DNA of 64,000 bases from Nanobdellota archaeon (GTDB taxonomy: Archaea; Nanobdellota; Nanobdellia; Woesearchaeales; UBA583), in assembly GCA_022565615.1 (NCBI GenBank), contig JAIUMM010000004.1, positions 622-64,621 on the forward strand, in the 5' to 3' direction. The notes beneath the pieces are model-generated. The model was given only the letters and a program-made list of their open reading frames with translations. It was not told the origin of the DNA and searched no databases. The position numbers and the translations under genes are program-made. Shown piece by piece: positions 1-8,300 of this stretch (positions within the stretch are counted from its first letter, which is position 1; every line of letters begins with the position of its first letter).

Positions 1-849
1 ATATTCCATAATAAAATTTCTATCAATTTCTTCCCCAATTAATTTATAACCTCCTCTAGGAAAAGAATTAGTTGTTTTTTTTAATGAATGAGTTCCAAAC
101 CTAGCTTGTTCTGATGAATGCTCTATCACTCCTCCTAAATATTGATTCCAACCATCAAAGTTTTCAAAGTTGTCCTCAAATAATATATTTTCTCCAATAT
201 CTTCAAATCTCCACCACCCCACAAGAGAATTGTCAAAATTTACAAATGAGTAATAATCATCTTCAATTGTTGAATCTAAACCAACATTAATGTTTTCACC
301 CAAACTTATTACAAAATTATTTAAAGGGGTAAATGAATTAAAAAACAACAATTCATTAAAAAAAATAGTTGAACTAAAGGGTGCTAAATCCAATCTATTT
401 ACTTCTTCACTAAGAACCAAATCAAAAGATATTCTCCTATTCCCATCTACATCAACATCCACATAAAATGTTTGATTAAATCTAAATATATCTCCAATCT
501 CATAATAATACTCAACATCTGAATCAAACCCATGTTTTCTATAATCTCTTACTAAAATAACTGATTGATTTTCTATAAATATAATCTCATATTTATCTAA
601 TAAATGAAAAGGAATTTCAAATCCTCTTCTCATGTTATTTGGAGAAGTTATTGCATTCTCAAATTCTCTTATAATTGTTTGAACAAAATCTTCTCTTTCT
701 TTGTCTAAATTATCTAAATTAAACCCTGCTATAAAATAACCAGCAACACCTAATGCAACACCCACACCTAAAAATAAAAATACTGATAACAATAAAAATT
801 CAAATCCAATTTGAGCTTTATTATTTAATTTGCTATTATTCAAATTCAT
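1..849 (-). CDS. Class III (type IV pilin-like) signal-peptide protein, N-terminal 283 codons only; ORF runs off window start (absent from supplied ORF track)
   Basis: Own minus-strand translation: ATG at 847-849 and no stop down to nt 1. N-terminus MNLNNSKLNNKAQIGFEFLLLSVFLFLGVGVALGVAGYFIAGF has a short basic n-region, a K-A/Q junction and a long hydrophobic stretch, which is the archaeal prepilin pattern. Later LVGWWRFEDIGEN weakly resembles the LVGYWxFDE strand of LamG/ConA-like domains. The start lies 2 nt after the stop of the upstream gene (852-854). Confidence 0.6.
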   Translation of the reverse strand, partial: MNLNNSKLNNKAQIGFEFLLLSVFLFLGVGVALGVAGYFIAGFNLDNLDKEREDFVQTIIREFENAITSPNNMRRGFEIPFHLLDKYEIIFIENQSVILVRDYRKHGFDSDVEYYYEIGDIFRFNQTFYVDVDVDGNRRISFDLVLSEEVNRLDLAPFSSTIFFNELLFFNSFTPLNNFVISLGENINVGLDSTIEDDYYSFVNFDNSLVGWWRFEDIGENILFEDNFENFDGWNQYLGGVIEHSSEQARFGTHSLKKTTNSFPRGGYKLIGEEIDRNFIMEY

Positions 850-851
850 TT

Positions 852-3656
852 TTAAAACCTCCTTCTAACCTCTTCATCAACTTGTTTTTGTAACAAAAAC
901 CACTTTTTAGATTTAGACCTCTTTTGTAAATATGCATCAAGACCTAAATCTACTTTTGGAGAAATTTTATTTTGAGTATTCAACAAATCATTAGATTTCT
1001 CACCAACAGTTTCATCTAAATTACTATTAAGATTCCCTACATTCTCATTTTGTATATTCTTATTGTTAAAAAGCTCTTCTCTCTTAAAATTCACCTCTCT
1101 ATTAGGAGATCTTGAACTAAATAATCTACTTATAAAACTTGATTTTTCAGGCAGAACTTTAGATTTGTTTGAAAATAAATCTTCATTAGAATAACTTTTT
1201 TTCTCCTTCTCAACATTAATTTTTTGTATAGAATCAACTTTAGGTTTTTTTGAAAAATCAATATCTTGCGGTCTAATATTTAAATCATTAAATTTAGCTC
1301 TATCATATTCACTCCTTTGATTAAATTGCTGATTTCTCAACTTTCTTTTCTTCTCTTCCTCTTCAATTCTTCTCTTTGTATCTTGAATCTTCTTATCTTC
1401 TAAACGCTTGTATATTTCTTTATCAAATGAAACATTTCTTGAATGTCCAAATGAAAAATGAAACATTTTTTGAGAAGATTTTTTTTTTCTAGTAATTTCT
1501 TTTTGTTTAAGTTCTCTATATGCTTTTTCTTTATCAACTAAATCTTTGATATTTGAATACATTATTGGACAAATTCTAATTATAACAAAAACAACTATAA
1601 CAATTAAGAAACATATAATTAACCATTTTAAAACTTCAAATAAATTACTTGAACCAATAAAAATATTTTTTTTAATAGATTTATCATCTATTTCTGCATT
1701 AGAGGTTGCATTTAAATGTTCCCTCTCATTATTATTAACTTGTTGTAAAACTCCATTTTGAGTTTGTTGTAATTGAGTAGAACTAGATAATGCTTCAATT
1801 ATCAAATCTTGTGAATTTTTATTTCCAACTCCATCTTCAATTTCAACATATACATTAAAATTATCTTCCCCCTTTAAAATTGTAAATGTGAATTGTCTTT
1901 CTTGTAAATTTTCAAATTCAACACTATTTTCATCTTCTTTTGTAACTACTATACCAGTTGGTTTTTCAAATATTTTAAGATATGAAATTGACTCATTACT
2001 TTGAATATCTCTTTGAATTCTCAAATCATGACTAATTTTACCTTTAATATTCTCTTCTGTTCTAATTGTAACTCGCACGAACTCTTCAAATTCTTGCTTC
2101 TCAACTTGTAAATCAACTGATACTTTTTGCGGAATTACTCTAATTTCCTCACTTATATTAACATTTCCAACTTCATCATACACTTGAAGTCTATACCTGT
2201 ACTCTTGAGGATATTGAACTTGAGTATCAGTAAAATAGCCTTGAAAATTTGTATTTGAGTTTAGATTTGTATTTGAATTAAAACTATTATCTCTTGAAAT
2301 TATTCTACCACTTTCAAATATCTCTACTCTTGAAGTAGTATTATCAACCTCAAACTCAATATCAACAGTCCCTTGAGAATTTGTTTTAACATTAAATATT
2401 TCAATTGCAGGAGGAGTTGTATCAACAATTAAAAAATGACGAATTTGTTGAATCATTAATTCATTAGAACACTCAATTTCTAAATTATATTCTTTTTCCT
2501 CAATATTGATATTATTATCTCTTGACAATTCTAATTCAAAAATTGATGAACTAGAACTTGTTCTAACAAATTCATTAACTCTATTTGAATTAAATCCTCT
2601 AACACTACACTCTTGAGCATTTTGAGCATCAATTCTAAGTATATTTGAAATTATTGAAGGAATAGTTCTAATTTGAATATTTTGAATTTGAGAAGTTAAA
2701 TTATACATTTTAGAATTTGAAAACTCATCTTCTAAAATAATTAAAAATTCATTTTGAGGAATTTGAGAAAGTACAATTTCAAAATTTCCTGAAGTAATTT
2801 GATTTGAAGAAGTAGTAAAATCCTCTCTATATTCTCTTGAACCTAACTTTACAGTCCATGAAGAAATATTTGATTCATCTTCAATATCAAAAATTAATTT
2901 AATTTGATTTGAAAATGTATCAGTAATTGTAACATTTGCAAGTTTAGGAGGAAAAATATCTTGGAGTTCAAAACTTCTAGTTCTTTTTTGAAGATTTCCA
3001 GCCCTATCTCTTGATTCAACTACAATAGAATGTTTTAATGCTGAACTAATATTAATAGTTGTATTAAAAGATATTTGAGTTGAATTTGTTTGAAATGAAG
3101 TATTAAATATTTTTCTAATAATTGAACTATTCTCTTCAACTTCTACATATAACTCATTTGAAATAGTTGAATGTAAATTATCTCTCACTTCAACTTCAAT
3201 TGTCAATTCTTGATTTTGTGAATTAATTGAATACTCAATATCAATTGTTGGAGGAATAAAATCTAAATATATTGTTTTATTAGAAATAATATTTGAACTT
3301 GTAGTAAGTTGTGTAATTTTAAATGTAATAGCACTAATAAAAGATGTATTGGAAGTGTGAATATAATCTAAAAGTGTTCCTTGAAAGCAATATTCTTCAT
3401 TAATTTGAGTTATTGTACATAAACTAGCATTAAATATTTGTGTATGTGTTGATGAAGAATTATCATTTAAAAATATTTCATATGTGAATTCAAAAGAAGT
3501 ATTTTGATTTGAACCTAAATAAAATGTTAAATCTTGAAATGAAAAAAAATCATTTTCTTCAAAATTAGAATTATAAACTGTAAAAGAAGAGAAAACTAAA
3601 TTTAAAGAGAAAAGAAATATGCACACAAAACTTAATATTTTATAATAATTATTCAT
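852..3656 (-). CDS. Large type-I membrane surface protein (934 aa): signal peptide, beta-rich modular ectodomain, one TM helix, K/E-rich cytoplasmic tail
   Basis: ORF track. Sec-like signal MNNYYKILSFVCIFLFSLNLVFSS. N/S/T-rich ectodomain with three D-x-x-PP-x-I/L linkers (DFIPPTIDI, DIFPPKLANV, DTTPPAIEI). TM WLIICFLIVIVVFVIIRI (about nt 1560-1640), followed by a roughly 230-aa lysine/glutamate-rich tail. No recognisable enzyme motif. Confidence 0.6.
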   Translation of the reverse strand: MNNYYKILSFVCIFLFSLNLVFSSFTVYNSNFEENDFFSFQDLTFYLGSNQNTSFEFTYEIFLNDNSSSTHTQIFNASLCTITQINEEYCFQGTLLDYIHTSNTSFISAITFKITQLTTSSNIISNKTIYLDFIPPTIDIEYSINSQNQELTIEVEVRDNLHSTISNELYVEVEENSSIIRKIFNTSFQTNSTQISFNTTINISSALKHSIVVESRDRAGNLQKRTRSFELQDIFPPKLANVTITDTFSNQIKLIFDIEDESNISSWTVKLGSREYREDFTTSSNQITSGNFEIVLSQIPQNEFLIILEDEFSNSKMYNLTSQIQNIQIRTIPSIISNILRIDAQNAQECSVRGFNSNRVNEFVRTSSSSSIFELELSRDNNINIEEKEYNLEIECSNELMIQQIRHFLIVDTTPPAIEIFNVKTNSQGTVDIEFEVDNTTSRVEIFESGRIISRDNSFNSNTNLNSNTNFQGYFTDTQVQYPQEYRYRLQVYDEVGNVNISEEIRVIPQKVSVDLQVEKQEFEEFVRVTIRTEENIKGKISHDLRIQRDIQSNESISYLKIFEKPTGIVVTKEDENSVEFENLQERQFTFTILKGEDNFNVYVEIEDGVGNKNSQDLIIEALSSSTQLQQTQNGVLQQVNNNEREHLNATSNAEIDDKSIKKNIFIGSSNLFEVLKWLIICFLIVIVVFVIIRICPIMYSNIKDLVDKEKAYRELKQKEITRKKKSSQKMFHFSFGHSRNVSFDKEIYKRLEDKKIQDTKRRIEEEEKKRKLRNQQFNQRSEYDRAKFNDLNIRPQDIDFSKKPKVDSIQKINVEKEKKSYSNEDLFSNKSKVLPEKSSFISRLFSSRSPNREVNFKREELFNNKNIQNENVGNLNSNLDETVGEKSNDLLNTQNKISPKVDLGLDAYLQKRSKSKKWFLLQKQVDEEVRRRF

Positions 3657-3828
3657 AGTATTATTTCATAAAATACCTTTAAAAAATTTTGTACAAATAT
3701 CATAGAGTAACAATATAAACCTAGTTGAGATTAAAACTATTGAATAATAAAATTTAACAATTTTGAATTGAAAAAAGATAATTAAAATATAAAAATTTAT
3801 ATATCATAATTTCTAGTAATAATATGAA

Positions 3829-3840
3829 AATATTTAAAAA
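3829..3840 (+). promoter_or_regulatory. Candidate archaeal TATA box for tRNA-Glu
   Basis: aatatttaaaaa is centred about 27-30 nt upstream of tRNA position 1 (3864). The AT-rich background makes this weak. Confidence 0.35.
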
Positions 3841-3863
3841 GAGAATTGAATTTTAATATATAT

Positions 3864-3938
3864 CCTCCGGTGGTGTAGTCCGGCCAATCATGCAGCCCTC
3901 TCACGGCTGCGACCCGGGTTCGAATCCCGGCCGGAGGG
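3864..3938 (+). tRNA. tRNA-Glu (anticodon CUC), no encoded CCA
   Basis: GC-rich island in an AT-rich spacer. Acceptor stem CCTCCGG/CCGGAGG, D-arm GTGTAGTCCGGCCAATCAT typical of archaeal tRNA-Glu. Anticodon stem CAGCC/GGCTG with loop CTCTCAC (CTC at 3900-3902). T-arm CCGGG-TTCGAAT-CCCGG, discriminator G, then TTTTTT. Confidence 0.9.
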
Positions 3939-4091
3939 TTTTTTAATTATAAATTCTAAATTATAGAGTATTTATTAAATCTAAAGTGTAGTTTAACTCT
4001 AATAAGTAAATTTAAATTATAAATAAAGTAAAATTATATGTGCAACTAAAACTTAAATTTTAGATGATTTTGGATAATTTTTTAAAAATAA

Positions 4092-5000
4092 TCAATTATC
4101 CTCTTCTTTATCAATAAATTCCATCACACTAAGTGAGATATTCTTCTCAATTAAATACTCAGTACTAAAATCATACTTTTTAACCGGAATCTCTGCACTC
4201 AAACTTGCACCTTGATGATGAATCTTATTAACTTTAAGAGTGAACTTATCATCTTCAATAATATCAACAAACTCTTTTTGTAAATTTTTTAAAATTGATT
4301 TTTCAACCTTTCTCACTTTTGGAAATAGTGATTTATCAATTTCAAATTCATAAATAATTCTTTTAAATTTTACTTTAGAATAATTTACAACTTCTCTTTG
4401 AAATAATAGCGTATTTGGAATAAACACAACATCTCCTTCATCAGTCATAATTTTTGTATTCATAAATCTAATATCTTTAATTCTACCTTTAAAATCATTA
4501 ACTTTAATATAATCTCCAATTTTAAAATCATCTGAGAAAATAATCAATAATCCATCAATAATATTTGCTATATATTCTTTAAACAACCATGAAAATGCAA
4601 CTGATACTAAAGCAAATGTTGTAAAAAATGTGAGTAAATGAATTCCTGAATAATATAAAGTTGCAAGTAAACAAATTAATATCAAAATCATTCGATACAC
4701 ATTTTCAATTCCTTTAATTGTATTATCAATAGTTCCGACTTGGATTTTATTCCTCTTCCTATATGTTGACATAATGAAGAGTTTGACAAAATTTAATCCA
4801 ACTGCAATAAATAAATACAATAAAAATAAATCTATAAATTTAATAAAAGGTAAATTTGAAACTTCAATAAAATCTGAAAAAAAAGTTCTAAATATTCCAA
4901 CAACTGCTAAAAATAAAATAATCAAATAGAAAAAAAACTTTCTTCTAAATGAAACTCTAAAAAAAGAAAGCTTTAATGCATATAAAATTCTTTGAAACAT
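4092..5000 (-). CDS. MscS-family small-conductance mechanosensitive channel
   Basis: N-terminal TM helices, then IGDYIKVNDFKGRIKDIRFMNTKIMTDEGDVVFIPNTLLFQREVVNYS, which matches the MscS beta-domain signature (G.V..I.lr.T.l...dg..v.iPN). Confidence 0.8.
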   Translation of the reverse strand: MFQRILYALKLSFFRVSFRRKFFFYLIILFLAVVGIFRTFFSDFIEVSNLPFIKFIDLFLLYLFIAVGLNFVKLFIMSTYRKRNKIQVGTIDNTIKGIENVYRMILILICLLATLYYSGIHLLTFFTTFALVSVAFSWLFKEYIANIIDGLLIIFSDDFKIGDYIKVNDFKGRIKDIRFMNTKIMTDEGDVVFIPNTLLFQREVVNYSKVKFKRIIYEFEIDKSLFPKVRKVEKSILKNLQKEFVDIIEDDKFTLKVNKIHHQGASLSAEIPVKKYDFSTEYLIEKNISLSVMEFIDKEEDN

Positions 5001-5110
5001 AATTTGAAAAAATTAAAAATCTTTTAAAAGAGTTTGTACGTAAATATATAGATTATCTCACATTTAATAAATACAAACACGAATTATATTAAAAAAAGAT
5101 GTGAATATCT

Positions 5111-5141
5111 TAAAGTATTTCTCATGAGTAAAAATACTTTA
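5111..5141. promoter_or_regulatory. Perfect 10-bp inverted repeat abutting the dps TATA box (candidate operator)
   Basis: TAAAGTATTT (5111-5120), N11, AAATACTTTA (5132-5141). The spacer contains the palindrome CTCATGAG. The right arm overlaps tttataaaa, about 25-30 nt upstream of the dps ATG (5170). Confidence 0.35.
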
Positions 5142-5169
5142 TAAAATTAGAATCACTACTTAAATTACA

Positions 5170-5637
5170 ATGGAACACGTAATTAAAAACGAAACTATGC
5201 AAAAAAAAGTGTGTGAATTATTAAATGTATTACTTGCAAATGAGTATGTATTATATACAAAACTTAGAAATTTTCACTGGAATGTTGTAGGACCTCACTT
5301 TCAAGATTATCATAAATTTTTTGAAGAAACATACAATAAAGTAGAAGAAGATATCGATGAAACAGCTGAGAGAATTAGAACTCTTAATCAAAGACCACTT
5401 AGTTCAATGAAAGAATTTTTAGAACACTCAACTCTTAAAGAATCAACTCAAGCTCAAATGAGTGCTAGTGATATGTTAAGTGAATTATCTCAAGATTATG
5501 AACATTTAATCATAGCATTTAATGAAAACATTTCAAAATGTGATGAAATAGGAGATATTGGAACTGAAGATTTTTTAACAGGAATGATGCAAGAATATGA
5601 AAAAAAGTTATGGATGATTAAGAGTATGAATTCATAA
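5170..5637 (+). CDS. dps: Dps-family ferritin-like DNA-protection protein
   Basis: LANEYVLYTKLRNFHWNVVGPHFQDYHKFFEETY...DETAERIRTLN matches the Dps ferroxidase-site helices (HWnv.G..F..lH..fee...D.iAERi). Confidence 0.85.
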   Translation: MEHVIKNETMQKKVCELLNVLLANEYVLYTKLRNFHWNVVGPHFQDYHKFFEETYNKVEEDIDETAERIRTLNQRPLSSMKEFLEHSTLKESTQAQMSASDMLSELSQDYEHLIIAFNENISKCDEIGDIGTEDFLTGMMQEYEKKLWMIKSMNS

Positions 5638-5709
5638 CAATAAAATTAAAATTATAATTCTTTTTTTCAACTTAATATTAATGTTTAAAGTAAAATTTTA
5701 ACTAAATAA

Positions 5710-6147
5710 TTAGATATACATTTCAATTTTATTAAAAATATTATATAACGCATTAGAACGATTAGGAGATAAAAAACTCTCAAGTCCAATATTTGAAGAG
5801 CTTTTTTTAATTAATTCAATATTCTCTTTCAAATCTTCTTGCAAAGTATCATCTAAAATCTGCTTTATAAGTCCAAAGAAACCTTTTATTATCATAGCAT
5901 CTGCAAAAAAATGAATAGTAATTAAAGAAGGAGAATTCCTTTCATTTTCAATATGAACATCTACATATGCTCTACTCACACAACCTCTAACTAAAAATTC
6001 TTCCTTTTCAACTAATGTAGAATCTACCTCAAACTCTTTTGCAAATTCTAAAATAAATTCCATTTTCTCCATGGGAGATTCCATATATTCAAACTCCTCT
6101 TCCAAATCTTTGAGTTCTTGAATCACTAATTCTTTAGTTTTAATCAT
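5710..6147 (-). CDS. sufE: SufE-like sulfur acceptor protein
   Basis: LVRGCVSRAYV (SufE active-site GC.S motif), FFADAMIIKG, and C-terminal LSPNRSNALYNIFNKI (SufE LSpsRsnGl). Confidence 0.72.
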   Translation of the reverse strand: MIKTKELVIQELKDLEEEFEYMESPMEKMEFILEFAKEFEVDSTLVEKEEFLVRGCVSRAYVDVHIENERNSPSLITIHFFADAMIIKGFFGLIKQILDDTLQEDLKENIELIKKSSSNIGLESFLSPNRSNALYNIFNKIEMYI

Positions 6148-6194
6148 ATTTTATTGTTATAATTACACTCACTTAAAATTTTAAATAAATCACT

Positions 6195-6881
6195 TTATTT
6201 TTCTTCCTTTTCTTTTACAACTTGAACTCTTGCAGGCCTTAAAATTGAATCTTTAAGTTTATATCCTTTTTGAAGAACTCCAACAATAGTTCCAACTGGG
6301 TACTCATGATGCTCAATTAAAATAGGTTCATGTTCTTTAACATTAAACTCTTGCCCTATTTGAGGTTCATATATTGAAATAGAGTGATTTTGTAACACAT
6401 TTAATAAATTTTGATGAATCATTTCAACTCCTTTAATAAACATTGTAGTATCTTGAGTCATTTTCAAACTCATCTCAAAATTATCAATACTTGGTAATAA
6501 ATCACTCACAAAACTTGAAACTGCCCTCTCTTTTGACTTCAAATTCTCCTCTTGCATTCTTTTCCTATAATTTTCAAAATCTGCTTTAAGTCTTAAATAA
6601 TCATCTTTTAATTCATCATATTGCAGTTGTAATTTTTGTTCTTTCTCTAATTCCTCTTGAAGCATATCATCAGGAATTGTAGGAGTATCTTCATCTACTT
6701 CAACATATGTATCATTTTTTTTCATTTCCTCTTCACCAATTTCATCTAATTCTTGTTCATAATTTTTCTTATTCTTCTCATGAAAATTTTCTTCACTAAG
6801 TTCTTTATACTGTGAACTTGAACTTAAATCTTCAACATTTTCATTCTCAACAGACTTAAAATCTTTATTTTTATTTTCCAT
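6195..6881 (-). CDS. grpE: GrpE nucleotide-exchange factor (start moved to internal Met)
   Basis: DELKDDYLRLKADFENYRKRMQEE and C-terminal GYKLKDSILRPARVQV are GrpE signatures. MENKNKD (ATG 6879-6881) is preceded by CATATAAATATA about 25 nt upstream. The track's extra 19 residues are hydrophobic and read through that promoter-like spacer. Confidence 0.85.
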   Translation of the reverse strand: MENKNKDFKSVENENVEDLSSSSQYKELSEENFHEKNKKNYEQELDEIGEEEMKKNDTYVEVDEDTPTIPDDMLQEELEKEQKLQLQYDELKDDYLRLKADFENYRKRMQEENLKSKERAVSSFVSDLLPSIDNFEMSLKMTQDTTMFIKGVEMIHQNLLNVLQNHSISIYEPQIGQEFNVKEHEPILIEHHEYPVGTIVGVLQKGYKLKDSILRPARVQVVKEKEEK

Positions 6882-6945
6882 AATTCTTAAAATTGAGATA
6901 TATTTATATGTTTTGTGAAAAAATAATACAAAATTCAATAATTCA

Positions 6946-7722
6946 TTATTTATTAGAGTTCAAATACTCACTACTCTCATCAGCTGTTACATATACTTTC
7001 TTTGAAAAATCCTCAGAACTTATTTTAGATTTATTTTTTTTCGAATTATTTCCATTATTACTAGCAGAATTATTTTCAACCACAACAACTCTTTGAGGAG
7101 AATTCTTCTTAGAACCTTGAATATGGGCTTCAACTCTTTGAATATTTGAAAGAGGATTTGCTTTTGTTAACTTTTTAGTATAATACAAATATCCAAATAA
7201 AATTCCTGAAAACATCCCAATAATATGAGCTTCACTTGCAACATTTGATAAATAAAAACTACCAATTAAATCATATATGAAATAAATAATTGCAAGAGTT
7301 CTAAGTTTCATAGGAATTACACCAAGTAAATAAAATATAACATTTGGAAATAAATACGCACTTGCTCCAACTAATGCCATAACTCCTGCACTTGCACCAA
7401 GAGCTGCTGTATAAATAAAACTTCCAACAATTCCTGCAATAAGTCCAGAACCAAAATAAAGTAAATAATATTGTCTATCTTTAAGCTTTAATTCTAAAAG
7501 TGAACCAAAAATTAACACTCCAAACATATTAAATAGTAAATGACTAAAATTAGCATGTAAAAACATATGAGAAACTAAGGAATAAGGGGCATTAAGCAAA
7601 TCACCTTTATTTAAAATAAATAATTCTGTAAAACCATCATATGACATTTGAAAAATGAAACATAATACAGTAAAAATTATAATTAAAATTGTTGGACTAT
7701 TAAATCTTAGATGATTGAGCAT
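6946..7722 (-). CDS. Rhomboid-family intramembrane serine protease
   Basis: HMFLHANFSHLLFNMFGVLIFG, catalytic GASAGVMALVGA (GxSG) and HIIGMFSGILFGY (His helix). N/S/K-rich C-terminal tail. Confidence 0.8.
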   Translation of the reverse strand: MLNHLRFNSPTILIIIFTVLCFIFQMSYDGFTELFILNKGDLLNAPYSLVSHMFLHANFSHLLFNMFGVLIFGSLLELKLKDRQYYLLYFGSGLIAGIVGSFIYTAALGASAGVMALVGASAYLFPNVIFYLLGVIPMKLRTLAIIYFIYDLIGSFYLSNVASEAHIIGMFSGILFGYLYYTKKLTKANPLSNIQRVEAHIQGSKKNSPQRVVVVENNSASNNGNNSKKNKSKISSEDFSKKVYVTADESSEYLNSNK

Positions 7723-7779
7723 TTTTTATTAGTATATATACATTAATTTTTATGTATTTATCAAGTTTACTCTAATGAA

Positions 7780-8247
7780 CTATTTTATTTCAATATAAGA
7801 AGATGAGTCATCTCCAATTTTATATGATTTATTTGATTTATTTTTAAAATTAAATTTTGAATTAAAAATAGTTTTTTTTGAATTAAAAGGTGTATTTTTA
7901 AATAATTTTTTATTTTTTTTTGAATTAATATTTTTATACTTTCTACTCTTAATCAATTTTTTATCAATTTCATAATCTTCTTTTCTCTTCATCAATTTAA
8001 ATACAATATTGCTCAAATATTCAGATTTAAAAATATATAATAAAATAAATAAAATAGTTATTAATGGAACACTAATTAATATATTCAAAGGACTAAATAT
8101 CAAATTTAAAGAAATCATAATAGTAATAAATAATAATATAAAATAGATTATATAAAATATTTTTTTAAACAAATTCTCCTTATGTTTAGAATGGAAAAAA
8201 GAAGAAATATCTTTTTTATTTCCTTTAGAATCTGTAATTTTCATCAT
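7780..8247 (-). CDS. Hypothetical small membrane protein with K/N-rich tail
   Basis: ORF track. Two predicted TM helices (IFYIIYFILLFITIMISLNLIF, ISVPLITILFILLYIF). No motif recognised. Confidence 0.4.
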   Translation of the reverse strand: MMKITDSKGNKKDISSFFHSKHKENLFKKIFYIIYFILLFITIMISLNLIFSPLNILISVPLITILFILLYIFKSEYLSNIVFKLMKRKEDYEIDKKLIKSRKYKNINSKKNKKLFKNTPFNSKKTIFNSKFNFKNKSNKSYKIGDDSSSYIEIK

Positions 8248-8300
8248 TTAGTATAAATATAAAGTACTTTTTAAAGTTAATGATTTAAAAAATAAAAAGA

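Noticed and set aside
1546-1761. 71-aa + strand ORF inside the 934-aa gene. The same logic applies to 25311-25502, 26630-26845, 31218-31403, 46336-46584, 56640-56831, 61986-62249 and 62268-62453.
   Set aside because: All are antisense to long, well-supported ORFs, have low-complexity AT-codon-driven sequence (I/L/F/K/N-rich) and no motifs. They are typical shadow ORFs in an AT-rich genome.
6893-7096. 67-aa + strand ORF across the grpE/rhomboid junction. Also 21801-22082, 33581-33763, 34256-34513, 44625-44843, 50636-50827, 63161-63391 and 63301-63582.
   Set aside because: They are antisense to, or overlap, better-supported genes or promoters and carry no recognisable domains.
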